64,000 nt of DNA, taken from the NCBI RefSeq assembly GCF_009914755.1, contig NC_060942.1; one strand, given 5' to 3'. Of the stretch, positions 40,347 through 53,998 are shown piece by piece. The notes under the pieces are model-generated. The model had not been told where the DNA came from. It saw only the letters and a list, made by a program, of their open reading frames with translations, and ran no database searches. A program made the translations under genes and the position numbers. The stretch comes from the human T2T-CHM13v2.0 reference genome, Homo sapiens. How positions within the stretch are numbered: the first letter of the stretch is position 1; the number at the start of each line of letters is the position of its first letter.

Positions 40347-41038
40347 CCAACACTGTAGCTTTTGTCTGTTACTTGGTTAATGATGTGTTTTCATATCTGC
40401 CTCATTTCCTAGGCTGTGACCACCTCCAGGGTAGACACTATCTGAAGTGCCTAGTGTGGTTCCTGGAATTTAGTCACTGCTGGATACATGTTTACTTGAT
40501 GAAATAGTAAAAAGGGAAGCAGGGTAGGAAACAAATGCTGTTTTGTCACCTGACCCTGGGAAGGCATAGGTTTTCTGAATTCTTAAAAAAATTTATTTGC
40601 AATATTTGTAATTACACAGCCTATACCTGTTTCAAATCAGATACTTATGATAAAAAGAACCTGTACTGAGGGGCCTGCATGTGCCAGGTACTATGCCAAG
40701 TGGCATCCATGTTTCTCATTGGCCACAGAAGGTACCCTCACAGATCAACAAATACTTACCTTCTTTTCCTGTAGAAAGGATGCAGCATGATTTCTTGTGG
40801 TCCTGTTTAGTTCTGAAACCATCTAACAACATTTCAGGGATGAATTTAGGGTGTTTTCTGTGGGGGGTGGAAAGCAGGACTAGAATTTTTTCATCTCAAA
40901 TGCAGGTAACTTTTAGCTACATGTGTGGCAGATTGAATTGTTCAAATAAACCCCATGCAGTTCTTCAAGTTTCTGAGTCTGTGCTTCCCTTTCTTCTTTG
41001 CAGTGGTCCCTTGTGGGGATACTAGCATGTTTAACTGT

Positions 41039-41425
41039 TGTTATAAGCTGAATTCTGTCCTCTGAAATTCATAAATTGAAGTCCTAACCCCCAGTAACTC
41101 AGAGTGTGACCGTATTTGGAAATAGTCTTTAAAGAGGTAATTAAATTAAAATGAGGTCATTATGGTGGGACCTAATCCAATATAATATAACCTCCTCATA
41201 AGAAGAGGAGGTTAGGACATAGATATACACAGAGCAGAGGCCACGTGAGGCCACAGTGAGAAGGCGGCCATCTGTAAGCCCAGGAGAGAGGCCTCAGAAG
41301 AAACCAGCCCTGCTGCCACCTTGATCTCAGACTTCTATCCTCCAAAAATGTCAGAAAATAAATTTCTGTTGTTCAAGCCACCCAGTCTGTGGAATTTGTT
41401 ATGGTAGTCCTAGCAAACCAATACA
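41039..41425 (+). mobile_element. MLT1A/B solo LTR
   Basis: 'tgttataagctgaatt...gaagtcctaacccccagt...aataaatttctgttgttcaagccacccagt...ctagcaaaccaataca', with TSD-like actgt / agtgt. Confidence 0.9.
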
Positions 41426-44400
41426 AGTGTGGATTTTTCATATACATTTGTTACTTTCACAACCAGATTCTTCATTGTTTTCATTCGTTTTGTAGCCAAA
41501 CTTGATCCCACCTGAGTTCCCTGTCAATGCTCTCATAAAATTGCTATTTGGGGCAGAACATAAAAAGTTGAAAGAAGTCTTAAAGTCAAATAAATCTTGG
41601 CTTCCAACCCTTCCTTACTACTGCAAATGGCTACAGGGTTTAGGATAAATTTAAGAAGGACCTGACACTAGTCTGCATTCAATTAGCAAAACGACATGAG
41701 ACAGAGGGAATGTCCTGCTCTGTTTTGCTGGATGACTCTGGTATAGTTAAGGATGCCCATGAAAACCAATCTGATGGTTCAGATCTGGGCAAGCACCACT
41801 TAGCTGTTCTCTCTTAACTGTAGATTGCACCCCAGTCTTTGTAGCTGTTTATAGAAAAAATTAGTACGGCAAGTCAATGTATTTCATTGCCACTGCTGGA
41901 AATCTGAAAGAAAATGACTCACTGGGGCAGTATCTTTGACCTTCTACCAAGTGTAATACTTCTGATTATTGTTAGTTAATTTAATGGGAACCATAAACAG
42001 GTTCTCTTTCTTCTTCCTCAATGGACTCTATCGTGTACTTTAGAAACATGCCAAAAATGTATAATCACATGTTTTAAGAATATATATTTTGCTTTCTTTC
42101 AATACTTAAGTATAGAAAAATAAGAAAATAGCTTCCTTTTTTTCATCAAACATTAAGCAATATTTCACATTTTAGATTATTAAGTTTACATAAATAGTGT
42201 TATGTGTTCACTACTGAAATTCTTATGCATAGACAAAAGTCTACTTTTTGCCTTTTCCCCCCAACTTCCTGGCTCCTCTTAAACTTCAATGAAAAAGTAT
42301 CTCTTCCTATCCTTGATCAAACAGCTTAATCTTCCCCTGCCTACGATTTTCAATTATACTGGCTTTGAAAGGTCTGAGGACATTGCATTAAAGACACTGC
42401 AAACAGTCTAGCATTATTGTAAGCTGGGCAGCCTCAAATCCCACATGAAGTCTAGATCTCAATTTATCATAACCCCTGGGCATGTCTACATTTTCTATAA
42501 ACAAATTGGAATTATTTCCCCTTTTGATCTGGATATGCTAAAAAATAAATATCTGATTTTGGGATAAAAGCTTTTTTTTTTTTTTTTTTTTTAAGTTGGG
42601 GGAGCCTGTTCCTGGTAAAAAGGAGGGGTGGGGAGCCCACCAGCCCTTGTGCAAGTTTCCCATCTCTCTCTCCTTAGCTGACAGAAGCACTATAGAGATT
42701 TAACCCCAGGCCTCTTTTCAGTTTAATTCCCATGGACATCTCCCATTATGGCAAAGGCAGCTGATAGGAAATCAGAGATGAAGCAATATTAAGTGTTACC
42801 CAGGGGACCTCTCATTTGGAGTTGAGAATGAATCACCTTTAGCCTCTCTCCTCCATCTCCGACACCTGCCAAGTATTGCCTGGGCTGTCAGTAGCTGTGT
42901 CTGGCGCCTGTGCAGGGTGGGAGCTTTGTAAGCATTTCTGCTCCTTCTCCTTAGTTCCAAAGCTTGTTTATGTTTCATTACCTTTTTCTTCCAAGGTGAA
43001 CATGAGCTGTTAGGCAGTGCTCATGAAGCAATTGTTTGGCTTATATACCAAAATTTTCTCACATTCTTGCAGGACTGATTTTCTTCATGCCAAGCACAAA
43101 AAATGCTGTTCAATACACTTTCTCCTTTTCTCCTTGTGTAGTAAAGGAAGGATTCTTGGATATTTATCCAAAGTTTTGTCACACTGAAAAGAGAAGACTG
43201 CATTGAGGTGATGCTCCAAAAGGAGCAGCTTTGATGCAAAAGAAGCAAAACCCTTTTGTTTCTTGGGCTTATACGAAGGTACTTCCTTTAGATCAGAGTC
43301 GGGATGCATACACACTACAAAAACTGGAATGAAAAAGGCAAACCATTTTTACTCAACAGAATTCTCTGTACAGGTCAAGGAAATGCCAAACTTAACAGAT
43401 GTCTTAGACTGTGCCCTGCAGGTCAATAAATTAGAGTTTTGTTGAACCAGGAAGAGGAAGGAATTCCAGGACTTCAGGTCCCCAAATGGAAATGCCCCTT
43501 AGGACAAGTCTAAACTAGGGAAATAGCACTGGAGCTCCTCCAAGTCAGTTGGCTCAGTCTCGTGTAACTCATTTCTGGCCCCCCTGAAGCTGTTTGTTCA
43601 ACTGTGCCTTCTACAACGCTACAGTGTCAAAGAGAGTTAATCATTAGCAAGTGTGAATAATGTCAGTGTAACGCAGCATGATTGCAGTTCAGTCTGTTTT
43701 GACAAAATTCTAAGCATTTGTCAGAGTTTACCAAAAAACAAAAAACAACATGACCACAGAATGTTAAAATAGCATGAAGTTTGGGGAGCAGTTAATTCAC
43801 TTTCTAGCATTTTACATCACCATTCTCATCGTTTTCCCAGAGGAGAGTGTTGGGTGAGGCCCTCCAGGTGATGCAGTATTACTGACTGGCCTGGTATGGT
43901 CTGATTCAGTTCAAGTCAGCTTAATGCAGCTCACCTCCAGAGATCCAGGCTTTGGAGAATGATCTAAAGGTTTAGGTGTAGGGTCCTTAACCTCCCCATT
44001 TTCCTTCTCCTTTGTCAGAGCCACCTACTGCCATAGAATTAATATGGACCCATCTGTGATGCAGAGCCTGTTAGGCCTCCTGCTTGTCCCCTGGGCTGGG
44101 GATCATAATGAGTCCAAGCCCTCCCTTTTGACTGGAACTGCAGGGGCCCTGGTCCTGGAACTCTGAGGTTGAGAATGGGATGTAAAGCTATATTCCAGCA
44201 AGCACTGAAGGATGAGTTTTTCTTGGGCTCATCTGAGTTCTGGATGAAATGAGAGTGATCATCCTAAAATAGAATCAAGAATTCCAGCAGGCACCCAAAA
44301 TGGCTGTCCAGTTTTAGAGTCATGGCTTGAGGAGGCACTCAGCTAAGTCCTGCCAACAGTAGCTGAGTCCCAGGCCCTGGAATGCCTCTGAAAACCCTTC

Positions 44401-45154
44401 ACATGTTATAACTATGATAATTAGGATGCTCTTCCAAGAAGGTGCACAGACAGACTTCATTTTTCCTGGGATCAGAGCCTCTCAGATATGCCCTTCTTCA
44501 GTTCACACACCGCTATTCATTTGCCTTGCTGCTTAACCCAGAAAGTCAGGACACGCTGGATAAGTCACCAAATCCCACACCCTAAGATCTCCAATTATCC
44601 TTCTCTACTCTCTTCCTGTTGCCATAGGCTTAGTTTGGTCCTAGTAATTTCTCTCTTAGATTCCTTTTAGTTAGGCTTTATGACCCTCAAATTCAGTCAA
44701 GATGTTGCCAGAGTCCCCTCTTTAAAATGCAGAATTGCTCCAAGCACTCCCTTGCATGTTCAGCATGCCCCTTTCTGGTGGAAAAAGCCCAGCCCTTGGA
44801 TACAGCCATCACTTCCTAATTGGGGGTTTACTTTCAGCCCCATTTCTGTTCTCTTGGGTGTTACAGCACAGAGAAGGGCTTCATGTGTCATGGACTTTCA
44901 CACCTCTTGGCTCCTTCAAGCTGTTCCCTGTACCTGGGATACCCTCTGCTCATGGCCACCTTGAACATTCCATTTAGGAATTGTCATTAGGAAGCTGCTC
45001 GTTTACTCCCATTCTCCCTATCCTCTCCCCTACCCACCACCTTGAACTAAATGGCCCTCTTTTGTACTCCCTTAAGTCCTGGTCTATTGCATATTAAAGG
45101 ATTTGATTCAAAATGTCTTGCTTGGCTAGATGGCAAAAGGAAATGATCCTAAAT

Positions 45155-45380
45155 TGGTAGTTCTCAACCTTGCCGCACTTGGCAATTGCCTGGACATCTG
45201 GTCATCTGGTGAAAGGAAACTGACTCAGTGGAAGAGGAACAAGTCTGGGAGCCTTCTCGGGAGAACACCATGGGTCCTGCTCCCTAAGGTTCTGACCTAC
45301 ATGGTGTGGGGTATGGCAGGACATCAGGATTTAAAACCGTTCATGAGGTGATTCCAATGTGCATTAAGTTTGCGATCCTC
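45155..45380. mobile_element. MER5-family MITE (degenerate)
   Basis: 'gtagttctcaacctt...ggtgtggggtatggc...aggtgattccaatgtgca...gtttgcgatc'. Confidence 0.55.
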
Positions 45381-46349
45381 AATTTTAACTGAACCCACCT
45401 TACTAAGGATAAGCAGGTTCATTTGGTGTTATAGACACACTGGTGTTGTCTTTCTGACATGCTTTGTAAGTTCTTCTGCTTTCTATTTCTCAATCAAAAG
45501 CTTTCTAATTTTTCAAATACAGGCACCAAATACAGTAGAGAATTGGGCCAAACATGGAAGAAGCTCTTGATTCTGGCCTCACTGTAGAATCATTACCTAA
45601 GAAACAAAAAATATGGATGCCTGGACTTGACTCTAGAGCTTAAAGAGCACATCAACTTCTCTGCATTACTCTGGATGGCAGCCTTCACAAGCCATCATTG
45701 CTCTTTGAGGAGAGGGGTCTTTTGTCTCAAAGATTGTCAGGAGAGAAGGATGGAGGGACATTGGGCGAGGAGAAAGAAAAGAAATCGGGAGGGAGGAAAG
45801 TACATACGACACTTAATGGGAATATTACCAATAACAGGTTTAGGTTCCATTCAGTACCACTAAAACAAGTCATGGGAAATTGCTTTCACTTCAGGCTTCT
45901 TAGCTACTGATCCTTGCATTTGGTAATAATTGTTGTGGTGAAAAGGAAAATCAAAATTTGCTTTGCACAGAGTAAAGATTTTCGTCCTTGGAGAATCTGG
46001 TAGAGGAAGGGAAATCAGTGGAAGGCTTTCTCATCTCACACTTGGATAAGATGCTCAGCTGGCAACCTGACACTAGTAGTTCAGTGGCAAAGTCAAAGCC
46101 GCGATGCTTTATTCCCTGTTAGTATGTCCCATAGAACTCTTAATAGCTTGCCTTGGAGTTGGAGAGAAGGGGGAGAAACAAATGTTTCTTTTACACTTTC
46201 CTCTTAGAAAAACAGAGGCAGTGTAGCTGGTTTCAACTTTCTACTGTGGATATGGCTTGTCCTGTCCATTCAAATTCCCCCCACCCCTGCCTAATTCATG
46301 GCAAACATACTAGGACACTTGAAAGTAGCAAATGAAATGGAGTGTCTAG

Positions 46350-46713
<364 letters not shown>

Positions 46714-46773
46714 TGCTAGTCATTTAAATAAGAGACATAGCCAGACAAAGTGCAAATATAAGAACTCCTCTGA

Positions 46774-47080
<307 letters not shown>

Positions 47081-47654
47081 TGAATTTTGTATTTTCACAA
47101 GGCTCATTTGTTGAGGATAACATTGTAGGAAGGTGAGCACATGTGACCTTTTCAATCATGAAATTTTATGAGACACATGCCTTTTTAGGTGGAGCTTACT
47201 GCTCTAGGTTTAAGAAGGTAGAGGGTTTCTATCCCTTGAGGATGGGAAGGTGTCTTGGACTCTGCTGTTTTCAAGCCAAAAGCTTACTTTTCTAACAATG
47301 CAATGAAGTATCTCCTTTATCTTACATCACATTGATGCTTTGCACACTCAAGTCCACAGGGGCACCTTCTCCGAGCCCTGTAGAGAGCTGGTGCCTCTCT
47401 AGTGCCTGGCCTGTGAGCAGCGCTCAGTAAAGCCTTGTTCCTTCCCACACCCTTTCCTCTCTATTTTCTTTTTCATGTGAGGGTACCTCTAGGATAACTG
47501 TGATTCTTATCTTCCCAATACCAGGGGGCAGTAAAGATTACGAGGTTTTCCTCTGTTTCTCCTGTTTTTAAACACCTTATGTAATAAAGAAAAAATGTTG
47601 AGCAAACTTGAATGGGTGCGTTTGAGTATTTATGTTTCCTATTCTATTTAAGTA

Positions 47655-48200
47655 TTGCACTACATAGTTTCCAAGATGGCCTATAACAGTCCCCATCTCC
47701 TGGTATTCATTGCCTGTGTAATCTCCACCCATTGAGTAACTTGCTTTTAATGAGTAGCACATGTCAATCTTGAGGGGATGCTAATTCTGGGATCACATTA
47801 CAAGAGAGTGTGACTTCTGTCTTGATATCTGATCCTCCCTGATGGCTTCATGAAGGAAGTTGCCATGTTGGGGAAGCCCATGTGGCAAGGATGTGAGAGC
47901 AGCCAGCAGTCAATAGCTAGCTAGAAATTGAGATTCTCCATCCAATAGGCCAAAAGGAATCAAATCCTGCCAACACTACATATGTGAGCTAAAAAGCAGA
48001 TTCTTCCCCAAGTAACCTTCAGATGAGACCCTGGCCCTAGTTGACTCCTTGATTGTAGCTCTGTGAGAGACTATGAATCAGAGAACCCAGCTAAGTTGTG
48101 CCCAGGTTATTGACACACAGAAACTGAGATAATAAATATGTATTGTTTTAAGTAGCTAAGTTTATGGCAATTTGTTACACAGCAGCAGATAACTAATACA
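47655..48200 (+). mobile_element. MLT1 (E/F-like) solo LTR
   Basis: 'ccaagatggcc...ctcctggtattca...ccatgtggcaagg...ccttcagatgaga...aatttgttacacagcagcagataactaataca'. Confidence 0.85.
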
Positions 48201-48285
48201 AATACAAACAATAATATAGTGCTGTCATATATAATTCCTCCATTGTTATAGACATCTGTTTTTTCTTACCTCTATAAAATGTTGA

Positions 48286-48931
<646 letters not shown>

Positions 48932-50224
48932 AGAGATGACTTTTTATGTGCCTTGGCATCTCCCTCAAAGTATTTAGTAAAAGTTTTCTTGTTTTCGTTT
49001 TTGTTTTTTTTTTTTTTGCATACAGTAAATGCCATTAAATATTTTTTGAAAGAATGAATAAAGGTATATTTTTATTGATGTTTTCAAAAAATGACTTGAA
49101 TTCATGCCTTCTGATATTTGGCATGTCTGATTCTGCTATGTTCACATAGTTAAAAGGTTCATGCTTATTTCTTCTTGATGAATAAAGAAAAATTATTTCC
49201 ACAAAACATTATAGGTTGTTTTGTTTGTTTGTTTTTTAGGAACTTGGAGAATGAGTAGTTCTACTTGTTTGCAGGCTTAATGAAGAACCAAATTGGATAT
49301 AGTTTAGAAAGTGGGGTGAAATATATTTGACCTACAGATTCTGGGTCCTGATTATTTTCTGACTGCCTTTGCCCACATTTTTCATGCCACTCACCTAAAA
49401 TGATGATGCATTTGTGGTATTGACAAATCTTTTCTTTTGGCTGCTGAGTTCTGTGTTAAGAAAGACATATATCAATCACTAATTAGTAAGTCCTAGTCAA
49501 ATGGTGGGCGGGGGAGGGAATCCATGAAAATGTAAATACAAAAACAACAAGCCATATTATACTTAACAATTAGTTTGCTTTTTCCTGACCTCCTCCACTT
49601 TTTGGTACATCTTTTTTTAGACACAGGAGGCGAGAGGAAGTTCAGATTGGAGGCAGCCTTCCCACTTTTCTTTAGAGGAAGTCATCTTTGTCTTTATCTT
49701 TCCTTCCTTTACAGCACAAAAAGTTTTCAAAAGATAGAGCTGACTTCCCTGAATGGCTTCCCCATTCCTATTCCACTGTGGTAGCATTTTTGGGTCTGGA
49801 CTCTGGACTTTGAATTTATAGCTGTCTTGTGTTCTCACTCTGGCAGAAAGACATCCTCTCCCTCAGGCACCTTGCCTCTTAACTCACTGCTTTGAACTAC
49901 AGCCATATGGGTATGTGATCAATCTGTCTTCCTCAAGAAATCCAAAGAGCGCAGGCAGGGGAATCCATCTGGACCCTATGTAGCTCTCAGAGAGGTGGGA
50001 GAGAGCCCATCAGGTCTGAGCCGGCAGTAAATTGCCCGCAGGTGTAGCCAGGGACCCTTCTTCGTCTAGATGGCTTGAGATACACCATCCTGAACCTTGG
50101 CCCCTGGCCACATTCTTTCCTGATGGGTAGAGGAGGGTAAAGTTAATACTCACAGGAGTATGTATTTCCAGTTCTTAACTGTGCTGCCTGCAAGCATGGC
50201 ACAAGAACTACATGGGCAAACAAA

Positions 50225-51236
50225 CTACTGAATTTCAGCAAGGCAGTTTAGCAAATTCTTTTATAAATTTGAAGGAACCTGTGGATTGGATGATTCTGCG
50301 TTGTGGCAGCATTGTCAACTGATGGACCCACCAGTTCCTGAATCCTGCTGACTAATGGATCATTGTCAACTTGCTGGAGCTTTGAGGAAGGTCTGTATTT
50401 AATCTGTACTGTTCAATGTTTGTTATCAGTAACTTGGATGAGATTATTCATGACACACTGATCACCTTTGTTGATTTTGTGAAGCTGGATGAGCTTCCCA
50501 AAGCTATTGAATGACTGAATACAAATCCAGAACTATTAGAACAATGAGTGAAATCTTACAAGACAGACTTCAGCAAGGATAAATGTAAGGTCCTACACTT
50601 GGATTTAACACACACACCCCTTAGTACTATTTGTTCTTGTCCCCCAGACAAGGGAGGATTGGATTTTGAGCACTGCACTTGTGTAGAAGGCAGGATGGTA
50701 TTGTCTTGGGGGAGATGCTTAGCCAAAAGCTGACCATGCCATTCAACAAAATAATATCCAAAGAGGTTAGGGAGGCAGAGAGCATCTGGCTACAAAGCCA
50801 GCCAGATAGGGATCTGTTGACAGAGAGGTCTTGGAGAGGGTGGGGGAGGTAGGTTGTAGGCAGAGCCTGGGGCAGTTCCTGTGCTGATGGTTGCTGTACT
50901 GTTTTTTATCTGTTGTGATGGCCTTAGGCTTGGGTGGAGAGGGAACAGTGAAAGGCATCAGCCAGGTGTGGACAAGCATAAATACAGAAAGGGGAAACTA
51001 TGTCTAGGAGTAGCATGCAGAAAAAAAGGCTCAGGGACTTGAATTGAAAACATGATGTGAGTCAGTATTAAAATGCGCTTGCCAAAATAGCTCATTTGAT
51101 CTCTGGCTGCACTGGTAGATGTCTATAGAATTTGTAATGAGTCTTGGTCTGATATGACCCAGTGTACAGAGTCCAGTACTGGGCACTACATTTCATGAGG
51201 ATCATTGGCACACCAGAAGGTAGCCAGAAGAGAGGC
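50225..51236 (+). mobile_element. L3/CR1 LINE reverse-transcriptase remnants
   Basis: Translated pieces 'DFSKDKCKVLHL' (ORF at 50548) and 'YRVQYWALHF' (ORF at 51162) resemble the CR1 ORF2 motifs FNKDKCKVLHLG and YCVQFWAPHF. DNA 'ctgtactgttcaatgtttgttatcagtaacttggatga' also fits. Confidence 0.75.
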
Positions 51237-51240
51237 TTCT

Positions 51241-51740
51241 TTCATTCATTAAGTCGCCAAATATTTGATGAACACCTACTAAGTGTCAGATACTTTCCTA
51301 GACACTGGAGACTTAGTCACAAACAGGAGAGACCAGGTCCCTGTTCCTAGTAACCATCTGTTCTAGTGGACAGAGAGGTAGCAAAGTTGTACATAACTAA
51401 ATAAGATCATTATACATAGGAATAAGTCTTACGAAAAATAAAGTAGGATGATGTGCTGGGACTTAATGGTGCGGGGTTGGGTATAATTTACTTATTTAGA
51501 GTGATCAAGGAAAGCCTCCCAGAAGAGCTGGGATCTGAAGAATGAGTAAGAGGTAAGCATAGAAAGACCCAGGAAAATAATTGTACAGGTAGAAGGAACA
51601 GCCAGTGCCAAGGCCCTGCAGAGGGAAAAGCTTAGAAAATAGAAAGGGGGCCAGTGTGTCTTGGAAGCAGTGAGCAGTATGACAGCAGGACAGCAAGTCT
51701 AGGTCAGAAATGCAAGGTAGGGTTGGCTGGTGCCAAGGAC
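51241..51740 (-). mobile_element. L2 3' fragment
   Basis: 'ttcattcatt...aaatatttgatgaacacctactaagtgtcagatact...gtgatcaaggaaagcctc...gtgccaaggccctg'. Confidence 0.75.
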
Positions 51741-51882
51741 TCTAGTGAGGTGGTGCAAAATGATCCCATTTATTTTATATTATTACACAATCAGGTACAC
51801 AGCACTTAACTGTGTGCCAAGCACTGTTCCAAGTCCTTCGCAAATATTAACTCATCCATCACCATGAAAATGATGGTGGTAA

Positions 51883-52143
51883 GCATGTTCTCACTCATAG
51901 GTGGGAACTGAACAATGAGGACACTTGGACACAGGGCGGGGAACATCACACACTGGGGCCTGTCGTGGGGTGGGGGAAGGGGGTAGGGGGTAGGGGGGAG
52001 GGATAGCGTTAGGAGATATACCTAATGTAAATGACGAGTTAATGGGTGCAGCACACCAACATGGCACATGTATACATATGTAACAAACCTGCACATTGTG
52101 CACATGTACCCTAGAACTTAAAGTATAATAATAATAAAAAAAA
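51883..52143 (+). mobile_element. 5'-truncated L1PA (L1PA5/6-like) 3' end
   Basis: Canonical L1PA 3' UTR and A tail, with perfect 17-bp TSD gaaaatgatggtggtaa (51866-51882 / 52144-52160). Confidence 0.96.
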
Positions 52144-52729
52144 GAAAATGATGGTGGTAACTCATAACCAAATTACATTTTATAGCTAAAAATCTTAAAA
52201 TTTTAATTTTTATTTCACAATTATTATTTCATTAGAAACATAAAATTCAGACTAAAAGGGCTTTTTAACATAGTGACTTTACCTACTTTGAATGCAAAGC
52301 ACAGAAAATATGAAATAATTTGTCCAAGGGTCAAACCCCATGTATTTTCACTCTTGATGTCATTTGTTGTTTGAGCAATAAAGAAGGAACAGAGAATGTT
52401 TAACCCAGAGAAGATGTATCTTTGAGGTAATATATCTCTCTGATATTTCTGCATCATAGAGTTACAACACCATGACCATGTTTCAGAATTTGATGGGCTG
52501 TGCACAGTGGCCTCTAACACCTGACCAGAGACCCTGTGAGTCCTCTTTTCACACTGGTTGGGGTCAAATATTTGCTGAATTATTGTTTTTTTAGTTGTTG
52601 CTGTTCTTTTGTTTTGTGAAAACCTCAACGTATTAGAGAAATGCTTAAAATCTTTCCAATTTGTGGTTTTGATCCTTAAATTAGGGAGCGAGGAAGGAGT
52701 GCAGCATATACAACCATGATGCTGCTCTC

Positions 52730-52930
52730 ATTTATTTATTAAATTAACACATATTTCATTGAGTACCTCTTCTGGGTAAGACTGTGCTTGGTGCTAGGTA
52801 TAGAGAGATGAATGAAACAGATATGGTTCTTGCCCTTACACAGCTTACACTCTATGGGGAGGGACAGACAACAAACAAGATAAAAGCACGTATCTATGTA
52901 ATTTCAAATCTTATTAAATGCTAAGGAAGC
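52730..52930 (-). mobile_element. L2 3' fragment
   Basis: 'cattgagtacct...ctgtgcttggtgctaggtatagagagatgaat...tgcccttacacagcttacactcta'. Confidence 0.75.
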
Positions 52931-52939
52931 AATGAAATG

Positions 52940-53435
52940 TGTTTTTGTTATCTATTGTGCATTATAATTCCCACTGAAATTTAGCAGCTTAAAACAACCA
53001 CGGTCATTTATTTTGCTCACATATCTGCCATTTGGACAGGGCTCAGTGGGAATAGCTTATCTCTGCTCCACACAGCACCAGCTGAGGTGCTTGAAGGATC
53101 CACTTCCAAGGTGGCTCACTGATGTATTTAACACTGGTTGTCATCTGGAAGCTCAGCTGGGGTTGTGGCTGGGGGCCTCCTTTCCTCTCTACCGTAGCCT
53201 TTCTGTGGGACTGCTTGGGCTTCCTCATAGCATGGTGGCTAAGTTCCAAGAAACTGTCAGTCTTTTTAAGTCCTAGGCCCAGAAATGGAAACAGTCACTT
53301 CTGCCATAGTTTGTTGGTCAAGTATGACCACAGAGCCCACCTAGATCCAAGGACATCTAGCCCAAGAGTGGTCATAAGCCAACTCTTGATGAGAAGAATG
53401 TAAAACAAAAAGTGTGGCCATCTTTGATCTATCAT
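52940..53435 (-). mobile_element. MLT1 (H-like) solo LTR
   Basis: 'aatttagcagcttaaaacaacc...atttggacagggctcag...gcttgggcttcctcatagcatggtggct...gtggccatctttgatctatcata'. Confidence 0.8.
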
Positions 53436-53736
53436 AAGCTGTTATTTCATAAGTTTCCATCTTTAAGTCTACTGCCCGAGATAGAGTTTATTTTTGCCTG
53501 CAGATTTTCCCTATAATTATAAGGTGTTGACATTGGCTTATAGGTGCTGGTTTAGCTGTGAGTTTAAGGTATGACCAGTTCATGAAGATTGTTATTAACA
53601 GATTATCATGTTTCTCTGTTGATTATATATTTTATTTAAAAAATATCTTTATTAAATAAGAATTAAAGAGCAGGATACAGACTGAATCCCAACCCTTTGA
53701 CTATCTTATCAGAAGATTGGAAGCACCTGGTTAGTT

Positions 53737-53998
53737 TTTATCAGCGCCTGGAGAGAAGAAAGAAAATGAACTTCTATTGAGGGCTTACTACGTGCACAGG
53801 TGATTCATTTAAGGCAGCTTGTTAAATCCTCCTAAACACCTTTCTAGTTATTCAGTTTCCACAACCAAAAAATAGAGATACTACTAACTTGAAAGGTGTT
53901 TAGGAGGATTTAACACACTACTTTAAATGAATCCCCTGTGCACACAATAAGTACTTAATAGAAGTTACTTCCCTTTCCCCTCTCCAGGTTCTGATCAA
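53737..53998. repeat. Long imperfect inverted repeat (114-bp arms, 34-nt spacer), MIR-derived
   Basis: 53737-53850 versus the reverse complement of 53885-53998 matches 93/114 ungapped, with a 25-bp perfect block (53820-53844 / 53891-53915). Confidence 0.93.

Noticed and set aside
42572-42592. Isolated poly-T run, possible tail-only retroinsertion
   Set aside because: No convincing TSD; most simply a homopolymer expansion.
43021-43445. Overlapping short ORFs in a repeat-poor block, with a good + strand acceptor at about 42994
   Set aside because: No recognisable protein similarity and no convincing matching donor, so I cannot support an exon or pseudogene.
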